DNA of 64,000 nt from Eledone cirrhosa (taxonomy: Eukaryota): the NCBI GenBank assembly GCA_964016885.1, contig OZ024741.1, positions 240,870,001 through 240,934,000 on the forward strand. Direction: 5' to 3'. Numbering within the stretch: position 1 is the first letter of the stretch; the number at the start of each line of letters is the position of its first letter. The position numbers were made by a program, and so were the translations under genes. Below the pieces are notes generated by a model. That model was given only the letters and a program-made list of their open reading frames with translations, was not told where the DNA came from and made no database searches. Positions 11,561 through 25,279 of the stretch are shown here, in pieces.

Positions 11561-12596
11561 TTATCTGGTAGACCCTCTGTGTAGTCTATGATCAGAGACA
11601 TTTGGGAGACTGACTGGCTGGCTGGCTGTTGGAGATATAATAACTGCTGGAGACAAAGTCATACTACTATTGACTTCAGAGACATTTGGGAGACTGACTG
11701 ACTGGCTGCCTGTTGGAGATATAATAACTGCTGGAGACAAAGTCATACTACTATTGACTTCAGAGACATTTGGGAGACTGACTGGCTGGCTGGCTGTTGG
11801 AGATATAATAACTGCTGGAGACAAAGTCATACTACTATTGACTTCAGAGACATTTGGGAGACTGACTGGCTGGCTGTTGGAGATATAATAACTGCTGGAG
11901 ACAAAGTCATACTACTATTGACTTCAGAGACATTTGGGAGACTGACTGACTGGCTGGCTGTTGGAGATATAATAACTGTTGGAGACAAAGTCATACTACT
12001 ATTGACTTCAGAGACATTTGGGAGACTGACTGGCTGGCTGGCTGTTGGAGATATAATAACTGCTGGAGACAAAGTCATACTACTATTGACTTCAGAGACA
12101 TTTGGGAGACTGACTGGCTGGCTGGCTGTTGGAGATATAATAACTGCTGGAGACAAAGTCATACTACTATTGACTTCGGAGACATTTGGGAGACTGACTG
12201 GCTGGCTGGCTGTTGGAGATATAATAACTGCTGGAGACAAAGTCATACTGCTATTGACTTCAGAGACATTTGGGAGACTGACTGGCTGGCTGGCTGTTGG
12301 AGATATAATAACTGCTGGAGACAAAGTCATACTACTATTGACTTCAGAGACATTTGGGAGACTGACTGGCTGGCTGTTGGAGATATAATAACTGCTGGAG
12401 ACAAAGTCATACTGCTATTGACTTCAGAGACATTTGGGAGACTGACTGGCTGGCTGGCTGTTGGAGATATAATAACTACTGGAGACAAAGTCATACTACT
12501 ATTGACTTCAGGGACATTTGGGAGACTGACTGACTGGCTGGCTGGCTGTTGGAGATATAATAACTGCTGGAGACAAAGTCATACTACTATTGACTT
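11561..12596 (-). CDS. Candidate mucin-like S/T/P-rich repeat exon (frame broken in this sequence)
   Basis: Unit encodes EVNSSMTLSPAVIISPTASQPVSLPNVS with two N-x-S sequons. The array starts exactly at ttttaactgtag|AA, and there is a stop at 11561. Three 4-nt indels shift the frame. Confidence 0.35.
11592..12596. repeat. Tandem repeat, 12 units of ~84 bp
   Basis: Unit TTGACTTCAGAGACATTTGGGAGA(CTGN)5TGGAGATATAATAACTGCTGGAGACAAAGTCATACTACTA. Two units are 80 bp and one is 88 bp. Confidence 0.97.
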
Positions 12597-12917
12597 CTAC
12601 AGTTAAAATCATTGAAAAAATGCTCAAGTCAAAATTACATATTTCACAACTCTGAACTAAAGTTGATATTTTAATTGATTTTGACTGCTATGATTGTTGT
12701 GTCTTTAATGAATTAGAAGTTCACTGTTAGGATTGACTCCACACAAAGAGACAGTTTTTGTGGGGATATCCTGGTCAACAACAACAATATCTAAAGATGA
12801 TGTCTCACACAGAAAACTTTCATGAGATGAAAGAAAGTTAAGGAGAAACTTGTCTCATATACACACAATCATACACATGCATGCAGACACATATACATAC
12901 ACAAACACACACATATG

Positions 12918-12987
<70 letters not shown>

Positions 12988-12990
<3 letters not shown>

Positions 12991-13340
12991 TTTCTGAATT
13001 TGTTTAGCAAGATTCTTTATCTGAAAACGTGTGTTGAAACCGATATTGTTATAATTTGGGTGGGTCATGTTGAACACACACAAAAACAAGATGGCATAGG
13101 ACAGAACAAAGGAGAGGCACAAAACAAAGAAAAGAATCCCCAGTCACTGAAGAGGTCACAGAATATGTGACGAAAGAACTTTGACAATATATGAACAACC
13201 GACCGGTTGTGGAACCAACCAACCAACCAGAAATTTATAAATTTTTTAATTTATAATTTAATTTATAATAAATTGGAGTGAAAATAACTGGTACGTGTGT
13301 TTCTTATTGGCAACATGACCCTCCCAAAGTATAACAATAT
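12988..13340. mobile_element. Naiad-like PLE pseudo-LTR fold-back relic
   Basis: 12988-13072 is the inverted tail of the 3287-4710 family. 13073-13340 is the pLTR ending GTATAACAATAT. Confidence 0.85.
13142..13185 (+). ncRNA. Minimal type I hammerhead ribozyme
   Basis: GTCA CTGAAGA G GTCACA gaata TGTGAC GAAA GAAC TT TGAC. Confidence 0.8.
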
Positions 13341-13786
13341 ATATATATATTAACCTATTTGTATCGTTGTTGTGGCATAGCTATGGCCATGGCTTTTGTT
13401 CACTTTTCTTGTTGGCGTACACTCATAACTTTGTGTTTACTCTGGACAATAATGTATTAACTTCTCACTCCATTGAGTGCTTTGTTACTACCTCAAACAA
13501 TTCGATTGGTATCTGTTATACTGCGCCTACAACTTAGATTCATACCTAATATATGTATATATATTTATAAAACATACAGATCCACACATGCAATAACTTT
13601 CATACACACACACATACATATTACATATTTACCTAGTTGTTGTCTAAATTCCAATGAAAGAGTCATGTTTGTATATTAGACACCAGTTTCTTATATACAT
13701 GCACACATTCATACATACATACATACAAACATACATACATACATAGTAGAAGTCAACTCGTGTCCGAGTACGACCACTTCTCAGAC

Positions 13787-13817
<31 letters not shown>

Positions 13818-13861
13818 CATGCATAGATGCATAAATATATACATACCTTCATAAATTACAT

Positions 13862-13929
<68 letters not shown>

Positions 13930-14088
13930 ATACAGTCATTTTTGAAGTTTTAGTAGTGGAGGTTTATTCAAACTGACACTCTGAATGCATTACCAATGCA
14001 TTTTTTTCCTCCACAATTTTTTTCTCATTTTCCAGTTCCTTCCACTCATCACTCTTTACCTTCTATTTATCTTCTATTTCTAACTCTA

Positions 14089-14124
14089 TCTTCTGATGAA
14101 GGACTAGTGTCCAAAACGTCAAGA
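14089..14124 (+). ncRNA. Minimal hammerhead ribozyme with G12A core mutation
   Basis: TCTT CTGATGA A GGAC tagt GTCC AAAA CG TC AAGA. The change is compatible with CpG decay. Confidence 0.7.
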
Positions 14125-14235
14125 CTCTCTTTCTGCTTTTTCAAGCATTAAACTAATATACTTTTTCGATGTACTGTGCTGTTTGTTTTGTTATTTTTGT
14201 TATTTCTGTTTACCTTTTACATATATACATACATA

Positions 14236-14957
14236 TGCATGCTCCGCTGGATGTGTAACAGTAATATACGTGAACGGCAAAGCATAAACGAACTAAGGAA
14301 AAAATTAGAGATAAGAGGGATCAGATGTTGTTTACTCGAGAGAAGGCTACGTTGGTATGGACACGTGATGCGCATGAAAGTCGATAGCTGTATAACAAAG
14401 TGCAGGGCAATAAAGATAGACGGTAGTCACGGAATAGGCAGACCTAGAAAAACCTGGGACGAGCTGATAAACTCCGACATCACACACTTACACCTCTCCA
14501 AGACAATGTCACTGGACCGAGACCTTTGGCGGTACTCAGTAACAGAGAAGACCCGCCTTACCTAAATATATAGTAAAACCTACTCCAGCCAGTAGGCATC
14601 TCTAACAAAATACACCCCGTCCCACCACCACCACCCCCACCCCATCCACACCACCCCGTTCTATGTAAAGTTATGTTGGTGCCGCGCCATCGAGACCGAA
14701 ACAAATGAGATTGTGTAGGTGTCACGACAAAAAAACACACAGTCCACGCTGTAATGTGGCCGTGTAGGCAACACGGTAAAAACCTCCCAGACCCACACTG
14801 TAAATGTGGTTGGTGTTAGGAAGGGCATCCAACTGTAGAAAACTTACCTGACAGTCCTATGCGAGCAAGACAATCACTCTTGCCTCAAGTGGGACTACCC
14901 CCGTCCAAACCCATGCAAGCGTGGAACACGGACGTTAAACGTTGATGATGATGATGA

Positions 14958-14960
<3 letters not shown>
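14236..14960 (+). mobile_element. RTE LINE 3' end with SINE-like 3' UTR
   Basis: MLRWMC...RRLRWYGHVMRM...GRPRKTWD...EKTRLT*, then ~390 nt containing SINE units, the central box and the tail. Confidence 0.9.
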
Positions 14961-15000
<40 letters not shown>

Positions 15001-15657
15001 TATATATAAAAATGTACACGTTTATATATATATATATATATATATAAAATGTACACATGTATATATATATACATATAAAATGTACACATGTTTATATATA
15101 TATATACATATAAAATGTACACATGTTTATATATATATACACACACACACTCACACTGGCTTACATATATAAATGCATATACATTCAAAAGCATGTAAAA
15201 TGTTTCTTGTGTAAGCAGTCTTAAACTTTAATCAAGTGTAGTTCATTGAGGTTAAACTTGTTATTATGAGGTTACATAGTCAATGGTAGATGGTGTTTTC
15301 TCTGTGCTAACTGCTTCTATTAACTTTCCTTATTGCTGTACTATAATTTAATCTCTTTTTCTTAAAACTGTATCGCTTAAAACTAATATAACAAGCCTAT
15401 GAACAAAAGTATTCCAGCCATGACCATCCTGTCTTTTTTTGTTTTATCTACAACTTGGAAACAAATCTTTTTGCATGGTGATGCATTATGAAGCATGACA
15501 ATTAAGGTTAAGACATTTACATAGCTCGGCTCAATCCCATTGTGCCGCAATTTTGGGCAATTGTCTTTTTCTATAGCTTCATGTTGGAATTTTATAGATG
15601 GATACTGTGGAGAAACTATTCACAAATACAAATATATATATATATATGTAGTTTGTT

Positions 15658-15689
<32 letters not shown>

Positions 15690-15912
15690 GTGAAGAAGTG
15701 CCAGGAAATGCCAGTTGAAGGAAGACGTGGTAGAGGTGGACCACGAAAAACATGGGCGGAGGTGGTGAGAACAGACCTCAGATCATTGAAGCTCACGGTG
15801 GAGATGACGAAGGACCGTGACGAGTGGAGAGATGCTGTGCTGAATAAGACCCGTCCCACCCTTGCAAGCAGGGAAAAGCGGACGTAAAATGATGATGATG
15901 ATGATGATGATG
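15690..15912 (+). mobile_element. RTE LINE 3' end (family A)
   Basis: VKKCQEMPVEG...PRKTWAEVV...[13 protein letters not shown] followed by (GAT)n. Confidence 0.9.
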
Positions 15913-15959
<47 letters not shown>

Positions 15960-15960
<1 letters not shown>

Positions 15961-16007
15961 CTATCTATCTAGGGCGGGTAAAATTCCCGAGATCCATGGA
16001 CAAGTTC

Positions 16008-16008
<1 letters not shown>
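15960..16008 (-). mobile_element. RTE-like LINE extreme 3' end (family B)
   Basis: Matches 25205-25250, with a (TAGA)n tail. Confidence 0.75.
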
Positions 16009-16049
<41 letters not shown>

Positions 16050-16114
16050 GTATATATATGTATATATATATATATATATACACATACACATATATATATA
16101 TATATATGTATATG

Positions 16115-16292
16115 TACTGTAAACGTAGTTGGTGTTAGGAAGGGCATCCAGCCGTAGAAAAACCTGCCGGACAGTCCTATACGAGCAAGACAACCAATCT
16201 TGCCTCAAGTGGGAAAATTCCCGTCCAAACTCATGCTTGCGTGGTGAAAGATGGACGTTAAACGATGATGATGATGATGATGATGATGATGA
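16115..16292 (+). mobile_element. SINE 3' tail fragment
   Basis: GTTGGTGTTAGGAAGGGCATCCAGCCGTAGAAA box plus tail and (GAT)n. Confidence 0.8.
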
Positions 16293-16320
16293 TACACACA
16301 CACACACATATATATATACA

Positions 16321-16545
16321 CTTAGTATTTCTGTGGAAGGTGGTGTCATTCTTGGTTTGTCCATTGATGGTGTTGTTGGGTGCTTGTTGCGGTTTCGTCT
16401 GTGGTGGATGCCTTTAGATGGGGTTCGTATTTTGTGATAAAGAGTGATTCTTTGCTAATGCATTGAACGTGGGTGGCGTTTGTCTTTAAATTTATAGAGG
16501 GGGAAAAAGTCTGAAGTTGGGTTTGCTGTTATTCTGTAAGAAAAT
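16321..16545 (-). mobile_element. PLE endonuclease C-terminal remnant
   Basis: Frameshifted KPNFRLFPLYKFK.../ISKESLFITKYEPHLK resembles the PLE GIY-YIG end motif E-x-x-x-I-x-x-x-x-P-x-L-N. Confidence 0.55.
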
Positions 16546-16624
16546 CCCATTAGCATTTTCTACTGTTTTTCTTTATTTTCTTAATATATATCAACTCATG
16601 TGTCACTTCTCAACATTCTAAATA

Positions 16625-17462
<838 letters not shown>

Positions 17463-17724
17463 TGAAAATGAATTAAAAAGAATAGGATACTATGACAATA
17501 AAGTGAATAAGAATGAAAGAACTATAAATTTCACAATATAAAACCACCACCACCACCACCACCATCTTTATATACTCTACCATTTCGAGAATAATTCAAC
17601 ATTGGATAAATGGAGAAGATATATTTTCTTGAATATAAGTTCATCACAAAGCTGGTACTTCTTCCTTCTAACAGTACATAATGGCTTTTCTTTCAAATAT
17701 ATGATAGATTCTGGCAAATGTCTT

Positions 17725-18390
17725 ACTACCATCACCACCACCACCACCACCAAAACTACCAGAACCACCACTACATCCACCATCTCCATCACTATCACAA
17801 CCACAACAGATAGCAACATTCCCTCACTTCTCCCCCACCACAACCACCACCACCACCATCACTACCACCATCACAAACAACATCACCACCACCTCCCACA
17901 ACTACCACTTATCACCACTACCAACACCACCAACACCACCAACACCATCAACACCACCACCACCATAACCACCTCCACCACCACCACCATCAAAACCATG
18001 ATAACCACCATCAGCACCACTACCACCACCACCACCACCACCACCACCACCACCACTACCACCACCACAACCATTACCACAACCACTGCCAGCACAACCA
18101 CTGCCACCACAACCACAACAACCCCTGCCACCACCACCACCATCAAAACCATGATAACCACCATCAGCACCACCACCACCACCACCACCACCACTACCAC
18201 CACCACCATCAGAACCATTACCACAACCACTGCCACCACAACCACAACAACCCCTGCCACCATAACCACCATCAAAACTATGATAAACACCACCAGCACT
18301 ATCAATCTAACAACCACCATCAAAACCATCATAACCACCACCCCAACGATAACCACCACACCACACACCACCACCACCACTACTACTACT
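17725..18390. repeat. Degenerate (ACC)n low-complexity tract
   Basis: Direct inspection. Confidence 0.95.
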
Positions 18391-18808
18391 TTGTGTTTAG
18401 AGTTATGTTAAGTCATACAAAGTGAATATAAATCCATTCACGTAGATGTTGCAAGAGATTCCACTGAAAAGAGCTTTAGTTAAGTCAGAAGGAAATATGT
18501 CAACACAGCAGTTCTCTACTCTTATATTCTTTAATAACAGATTCCTGCTTTTGTCAAAACCCCAGGTAGCATTTTATCTTTAATGTTGTTGTTGTTGTTG
18601 CTGCTGCTATTATTACTTATTTCAGTTGTAAAACTTTATCCTCATCATATATGTATGTATATGTGTATGTGCATATATATATAGATAGATAGATATAGAT
18701 ATATTCCCCCCCCCACCCCACCCCCGCACACACACATATGTGTGTGTGTGTATAATTTATATCTATATTTATATAAATATATATGTATATATAAATATGT
18801 GTGTGTAT

Positions 18809-18866
<58 letters not shown>

Positions 18867-19239
18867 TACACATATATACTCACACACACATCCAAATACA
18901 TATTCTACATTCCCTCATACACACACACACACATGCATATATATACAAACTTATATGTACTACACACCTTTTTGTTTTATGTTTTATCTCAAGTTCTTAG
19001 AATGTGTCACTTCATGACTGTATTTCCATATTGGATCTCCCCTTACCTAGAACTTGATTTATTAGCTAAACCATAATCTGCAGATTTCAGTTAAAAACTC
19101 ATGGGAAGCTTAGAATTATGAACAAGGTGACATGTGTGTTCCAAAATTTTTGAAAATGTCACCTGAAGAAGTGAATAGAACCAAAATATTTTGCATAAAT
19201 CTTGTTCAGGGGAAATACAGGTAAATTACAAAAGACCAT

Positions 19240-19638
19240 TACAGTCCAACCTGTAAGGTGGTCATGCTGGCGCCATAACAAAAAACTACCCAGTTCACTC
19301 TGTAAATGTGGTCATGCTGGCGCCATAACAAAAAACTACCCAGTTCACTTTGTAGGCAGGTCATGCTGATGCCATGACAAAAAGGCACCCAGTCCATCCT
19401 GTAAGGTGGTTGTTTTGGTGCCTTACTACAAAAGCACCCCATCCACCCTGTAAGGTGGTCTTGTTGGTGCTATGACAAAGCAGCACCCAGTCCACCCTGT
19501 AGGGTAGTTGGTGTTAGTAAAGGCATCCAGCTATAGAAAACCAAGCCAAAATGTCAACTGACCTATCTGACCTCATGATAGCCCGTCTAACCCATGTAAG
19601 CATGAAAAATAGACATTAAACAGTGATGATGATGATGA
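19240..19638 (+). mobile_element. SINE with internal ~40-bp unit expanded to about 7 copies
   Basis: Repeated cagtccaccctgtaaggtggtcatgctggcgccataacaaaaa units, then the central box and RTE tail. Confidence 0.8.
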
Positions 19639-19939
19639 ATCACAAATAATTTGAAACATTCAGTTTTCCACTGGTGTTAAAAGACACTGGGGAATTTATC
19701 TTGAATATTAAACACTTTAATGTTGAATCCACTGGTGACAATGTTGAGTAGCCTGTGATTTTCAGTCTTCCTGGGGACAGGACATGTTCACTAGAACTGG
19801 TGCCATGATAAAATAACAATACACCTAGTACATTCTGTTAAATGGTTGGTGGTTAAGTAGAAACAATAGAAGAGTTGAGCTGAATCTTTAGTTCAGGCAA
19901 AGACATAAGAATGCACCCAGTACACTTTGTAAAGTGGGA

Positions 19940-20270
19940 GACAACTCAAGGGTTGAGATGAGTGTGTAGCTCAGAGATCAAGGAGTTACTCCAGGTAGAG
20001 CTACTACTCCTCCAAATCGAGAGATCATAGACCTGATGCTATGGACATGTGGTTAGAATGTTTAAGGAAAGAGTTGCTGGACAGATTTTATGGACAAAGT
20101 CAACCAGCAGGAGACTCAGAAGCAGTTTCTGAGCAAGATGGTTGGATAACATCTCTGAGCTTGATTGGTCTCACTTGGGGATCCAGCCAAATGGAGATGG
20201 TTACTTCTGATAGGATTCTCAGGAAGGCATGTCTGAAGTCTCTGTTCCCACAACCCTCCCAGAAGTAAGT
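19940..20270 (+). mobile_element. Degenerate RTE (Expander-like) 3' fragment
   Basis: Similar to 54460-54730 (atcgagagatc...ggacatgtggttagaatg...gatggttggataacatc). Confidence 0.6.
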
Positions 20271-20639
20271 GGGCAAAAAAGAAGGAAATATTTTGTGTTG
20301 TATGGTTTGGTAGCATGTACCATGCTTTAACAAATAGTTTAGTTGTCCATGTAGTCACTAGCTGACATAGGCATACTCTTCAGGTGCTCACCTTTGACTA
20401 AGCAAAACATCAAGGATGAGATAACTGGAGGCAGAGAAAAAGAGAGAGAGAGAGAGAGACACACACACACACACATAAGATATAGGATGCTCAAGCATAG
20501 AAAATAACTGCAATTACAGTCAGTTACTATAAAATAGTTTATAAAAATTGGGCAAAGACCCTTAGAGATGGAAAGAGTAAATTTCAGCAGCCACTATGGC
20601 ATATTGAGCTTCATATCTCCCAGGTACATGGAACAGCTA

Positions 20640-20903
20640 GCTTGTGGAATTAACTTGCAAGTGGCTGAGCATTTTGCAAACATGTACATCGTTAACACAG
20701 TTCTCAGACTGATTCAGCATGACAAAAGGTATGACAAGGCTAACCCTTTGAATTACAGGTGCAACTCATTTTTGCCAACTGAGTGGACTGTAGCAACATG
20801 AAATAAAGTGTCTTGCTCAAGGATACAAACACTGCTAAGAATTGAGCTCACTGTCTTATAATCATTACAGTCACAAGCTGAACACCCGAGCCACTAGAGC
20901 ACA
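20640..20903 (-). mobile_element. tRNA-derived SINE, diverged
   Basis: Degenerate A and B boxes followed by TCCTTGAGCAAGACACTTTATTTCA. Confidence 0.65.
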
Positions 20904-21599
20904 TATGAGTGTGGGTGTGTATGTGCTCACACGCACACACACACATATGTATATATATACATACATATATATATATACATACATACATATACTCACAAAC
21001 ACACAGAGATATATATATATTACATACATGCACATACACTCACAAACACATACACACATATATATATATATATATATATTTACATACATATGTATGCATT
21101 AAAAAAAACACACCCTCTGTATGACAAATAGATAAACATTCGTAGAAAGAAAACGGTAGCAGAATATTCTATTATCCATTAATAAATATTTTTTTCTTTT
21201 TAGTCTCACCCTCCATTCTTCTCTTTCCCAAACCCTCTCCATTCCTTCTCAACCTTACTCTCTATTCTTCTCTACCTCGAAATTAAAAAAAACGAAGACA
21301 GTTTTGTCTCCATAGAATTTCTCAAAGGATTTATAAATACTTTGAGAAATTCACCATTTCATATTTTAGGAGAAAAAATAAAAAGTAATAAACTGGGTAA
21401 AAAAGATTATTTCCAAACTTCATATTTCTTGTGAAGAATGGGGAAAAAAGTAACCCACTCTAAGAGAAAGTAAGACATTTGAAATATAAAGATAGAATTG
21501 TATGGAGTAAAAATATCTGATTTGACACAAAAAAAAAAAGAACACAACACAAAACTTTGTGAATTCTCCTCCACTTCTTGAAACAATAACTATCTTGTT

Positions 21600-23300
21600 G
21601 ATGGTGGTGACGGTAGTGGTGTGGTGGTGGTGGTGGTGGTGGTGGTTGTAGTGGTGTGGTGGTGGTGGTGGTGATGGTGGTGGCGGTTGTAGTGGTGTGG
21701 TGGTGGTTGTAGTGGTGTGGTGGCGGTGGTGGTGGTGGTGGTGGTGGTTGTAGTGGTGTGGTGGTGGTTGTAGTGGTGTGGTGGTGGTTGTAGTGGTGGT
21801 GGAGTGGTGGCGGTGGTGGTGGTGGTGGTTGTAGTGGTGTGGTGGTGGTGGTGGTGGTGGTGGTTGTAGTGGTGTGGTGGTGGTTGTAGTGGTGTGGTGG
21901 CGGTGGTGGTGGTGGTGGTTGTAGTGGTGTGGTGGTGGTGGTGGTGGTGATGGTGATGGTGGTGGTGGTTGTAGTGGTGTGGTGGCGGTGGTGGTGTGGT
22001 GGCGGTGGTGGTGGTTGTGGTGGTGGTGTGGTGGTGACGGTGGTGGTGGTTGTAGTGGTGTGGTGGTGGTTGTAGTAGTGTGGTGGTGGTTGTAGTGGTG
22101 GTTGTGGCATGGTGATGGTGGTGGTTGTGGCGGTGGTGATGGTGGTAGTTGTGGTGGTGGTGTGGTGGTGACGGTGGTGGTGGTTGTAGTGGTGTGGTGG
22201 TGGCGGTGGTGGTGGTGGTGGTGGTGATGGTGGTGATTGAGGTGGTGGTGTGGTGGTGATGGTGGTGGTGGTTGTAGTGATGGTAGTGGTTGTAGTGGTG
22301 GTGATGGTGGTGATTGTGGTGGTGATGGAGGTGGTGGTGGTTGTGGTGGTGATGGAGGTGGTGGTGGTTGTGGTGGTGTGATGGTGGCGATTATGGTAGT
22401 GGTGGTGATTATGGTAGTGGTGATGGTAGTGGTGGTTGTAGTGGTGTGGTGGTAGTGGTGGTTGTAGTGGTGATGGTGCTGGTTATGGTAGTGGTGGTGT
22501 AGTGGAGGTGGTTGTGTGGTGGTGGTGATGGTAGTGGTGGTTGTCGTGATGGTGGTGATGGTAGTGGTGGTTATGGTGGTTGTGGTGGTGATGGTGGTGT
22601 TGGTGGTGTGGTTGTTGTGGTGTTGTGGTGATGGTAGTAGTGGTTCTGGTGGTGGTGGTAGTGTGTAGTGGTGGTAGTTGTGGTGGTTGTGGTGGTGTGG
22701 TTGACGGTGGTGGCAGTGGTGTGGTGGTGGTGGTTGTGGTGGTGTGGTTGGTGGTGGTGGTGGTAAGGGTGATGATGATGATTGTGGTAGCACTGAGTGG
22801 TGATGGTGGTGGTGTGGGTGATGGTAGTGCTGAGGGTGATGATGATGGTTGTGGTGGCACTGGGGAGGTGATGGGGGATGATGATGGTGATGGTGGGTGT
22901 CAGTGCTGATGGTAGTAACGATGATGATGATGATGCTGGTGGTGAGGGTGGTGGTGATGATGATTGTGGTGGCACTGTGGAGGGGTGATGGTGGTGGCGG
23001 TGAGGGACTGATAGTTGGGATGAGATGATGATGATGGTGGAGGTCGGTGCTAATGGTAGTAATGATAATGCTGCTGGTGGCAGTGGTGGTTAGTGCAATG
23101 AGGATGATGATGGTGGTGGGGATGATTGTGCGGATGGTGATGGTGGGGGGTGGGATTCGGTATTGGTTGCGGTGGTGTGCATGACGAGAATGATGATGCT
23201 GGCAATGATAGTGGTTATGATAATGATGATATTACTGCTGATAATGATGATGTTGATGATGATAATAATGATATTGATAAAACTATTGATAATAATAGTG
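21600..23300. repeat. Degenerate (GGT/GAT)n low-complexity tract
   Basis: Direct inspection. Confidence 0.95.
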
Positions 23301-23311
23301 ACAGTGGTTGA

Positions 23312-23736
23312 TGTAGATATATAGCTATCTATAGAGGAAGGTAGATATATAGGTATGTATATATATGCAGGTAGATATATAGGTATGTATATATGCAGGT
23401 AGATATATAAGTATGTATCGATTAAGGTAGATATATGGCTATCTTTAGAGGAAGGTAGATATATAGCTATCTTTAGAGGAAGGTAGATATATAGCTATCT
23501 TTAGAGGAAGGTAGATATATAGATATGTATATATGCAGGTAGATATATAGGTATGTATATATGTAGGTAGATATATAGGTATGTATAGATGAGTGTAGAT
23601 ATATAAGTATATATCGATTAAGGTAGATATATAACTATCTTTAGAGGAAGGTAGATATATAGATATGTATATATGCAGGTAGATATATAGGTATGTATAT
23701 ATGAAGGTAGATATATAAGTATTTATAGATGAGTGT
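23312..23736. repeat. 28-bp minisatellite with several variant monomers
   Basis: About 15 units, each starting GTAGATATAT. Confidence 0.9.
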
Positions 23737-24206
23737 AAAAAATCTGTAAAGGGCAACTGAAGAGGCAACACATATGATTGAATAAACATTTGAGCTTAAG
23801 ATGGAACTAGAAAAAAATATCACAGAAGAAAATATTGTTGGAGAGAGAGAATGAAGTTTAAGAATATAATATATAAATATTCCACCTTCTTCTGGAATAT
23901 TCTAGAATAATCTGCAACTGAAGACAATTTTTTTTCACTTTGGTGGAATTTATTTTAAAACACAGACATACACACACATATATCACATATATATATATAA
24001 TATATAATTTTCATCATCACCGTTTTATGTGTGCACAGAAGGTTTATATATATATATATAACTATACACATGTATAAAAATATATTTTTTTTGTTGATTT
24101 TTTTCACTGGTGAACAGCAATGATCTGATTTTGTCTTTTTTGCTTTATTGGCATACATGCTAGATGAATATATATATATATATGTTTGTATATATATATA
24201 TATGTT

Positions 24207-24240
<34 letters not shown>

Positions 24241-24262
24241 TGTATATATATATATATATGTT

Positions 24263-24317
<55 letters not shown>

Positions 24318-24431
24318 AGATATATATATGATGATGATATATTTATATATATATATTTGTACACGTATATATATGTATATATGTATATATGTATATGTAT
24401 ATATATGTATGTGTATATGTATATATATATG

Positions 24432-24495
<64 letters not shown>

Positions 24496-24496
24496 A

Positions 24497-24552
<56 letters not shown>

Positions 24553-24828
24553 AGATCAAAAGATGGTTAAAAGAGTTCCATGTATTTTATTATGCGCATT
24601 TCAAAAACAAATATCATCATGCAATAACATTTGTGTTTTCATCAGATAAAATAGGAAGACATGATATGAAGGTTAAAAACACTTGTGGATAGTGCAGTTT
24701 TAAATCAACATATTTTGATCTTATATATTATGTATACTCCAGTCCTACAAACTGTAGAGTGCTTCTTATCCGATATCTGCATTGCTTTATTGTACTACAA
24801 TAAAACTCACCTGCTACATATATATATA

Positions 24829-24885
<57 letters not shown>

Positions 24886-24917
24886 GTATATGTATATATA
24901 TATGTATATGTGTATAT

Positions 24918-25252
24918 GGCTCTGAACATTAATCAGTATACACTGAGGATGAAAAACTCAGAGCTGTATGGGAGCATCCCAAAAGTCAGCTCAAAAGTGA
25001 CACAGAGGAGACTGAGATTAGCTGGACATGCTCACCGACATCCAGAGTTGACAATGCACTCAGTGCTCCTGTGGGAGGCCCTAGATGGACACACTGGAAG
25101 AGGAAGACCAAGGTTAACGTATGCTGATGCCCTAAGGACAAACACTGGTCTGTTGGAGATGCAGGACATGGCAGAAATAATGAGGGATAGAGACCGCTGG
25201 AGAGAACTTGTCCATGGATCTCGGGAATTTTACCCGCCCTAGATAGATAGAT
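24918..25252 (+). mobile_element. RTE-like LINE 3' fragment (family B)
   Basis: QRRLRLAGHAHRH...GRGRPRLTY...DRDRWRELV...* followed by (TAGA)n. Confidence 0.85.
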
Positions 25253-25279
25253 ATGTATATATATATATATATATGTGTA

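Noticed and set aside
11592-12596. CRISPR-like array (also 23312-23736)
   Set aside because: No unique spacers, no cas genes, and a eukaryotic context.
21420-22975. Pro/His/Thr-rich extensin-like ORFs (also 17602-18411)
   Set aside because: Translations of (ACC)n tracts with frequent frame slips.
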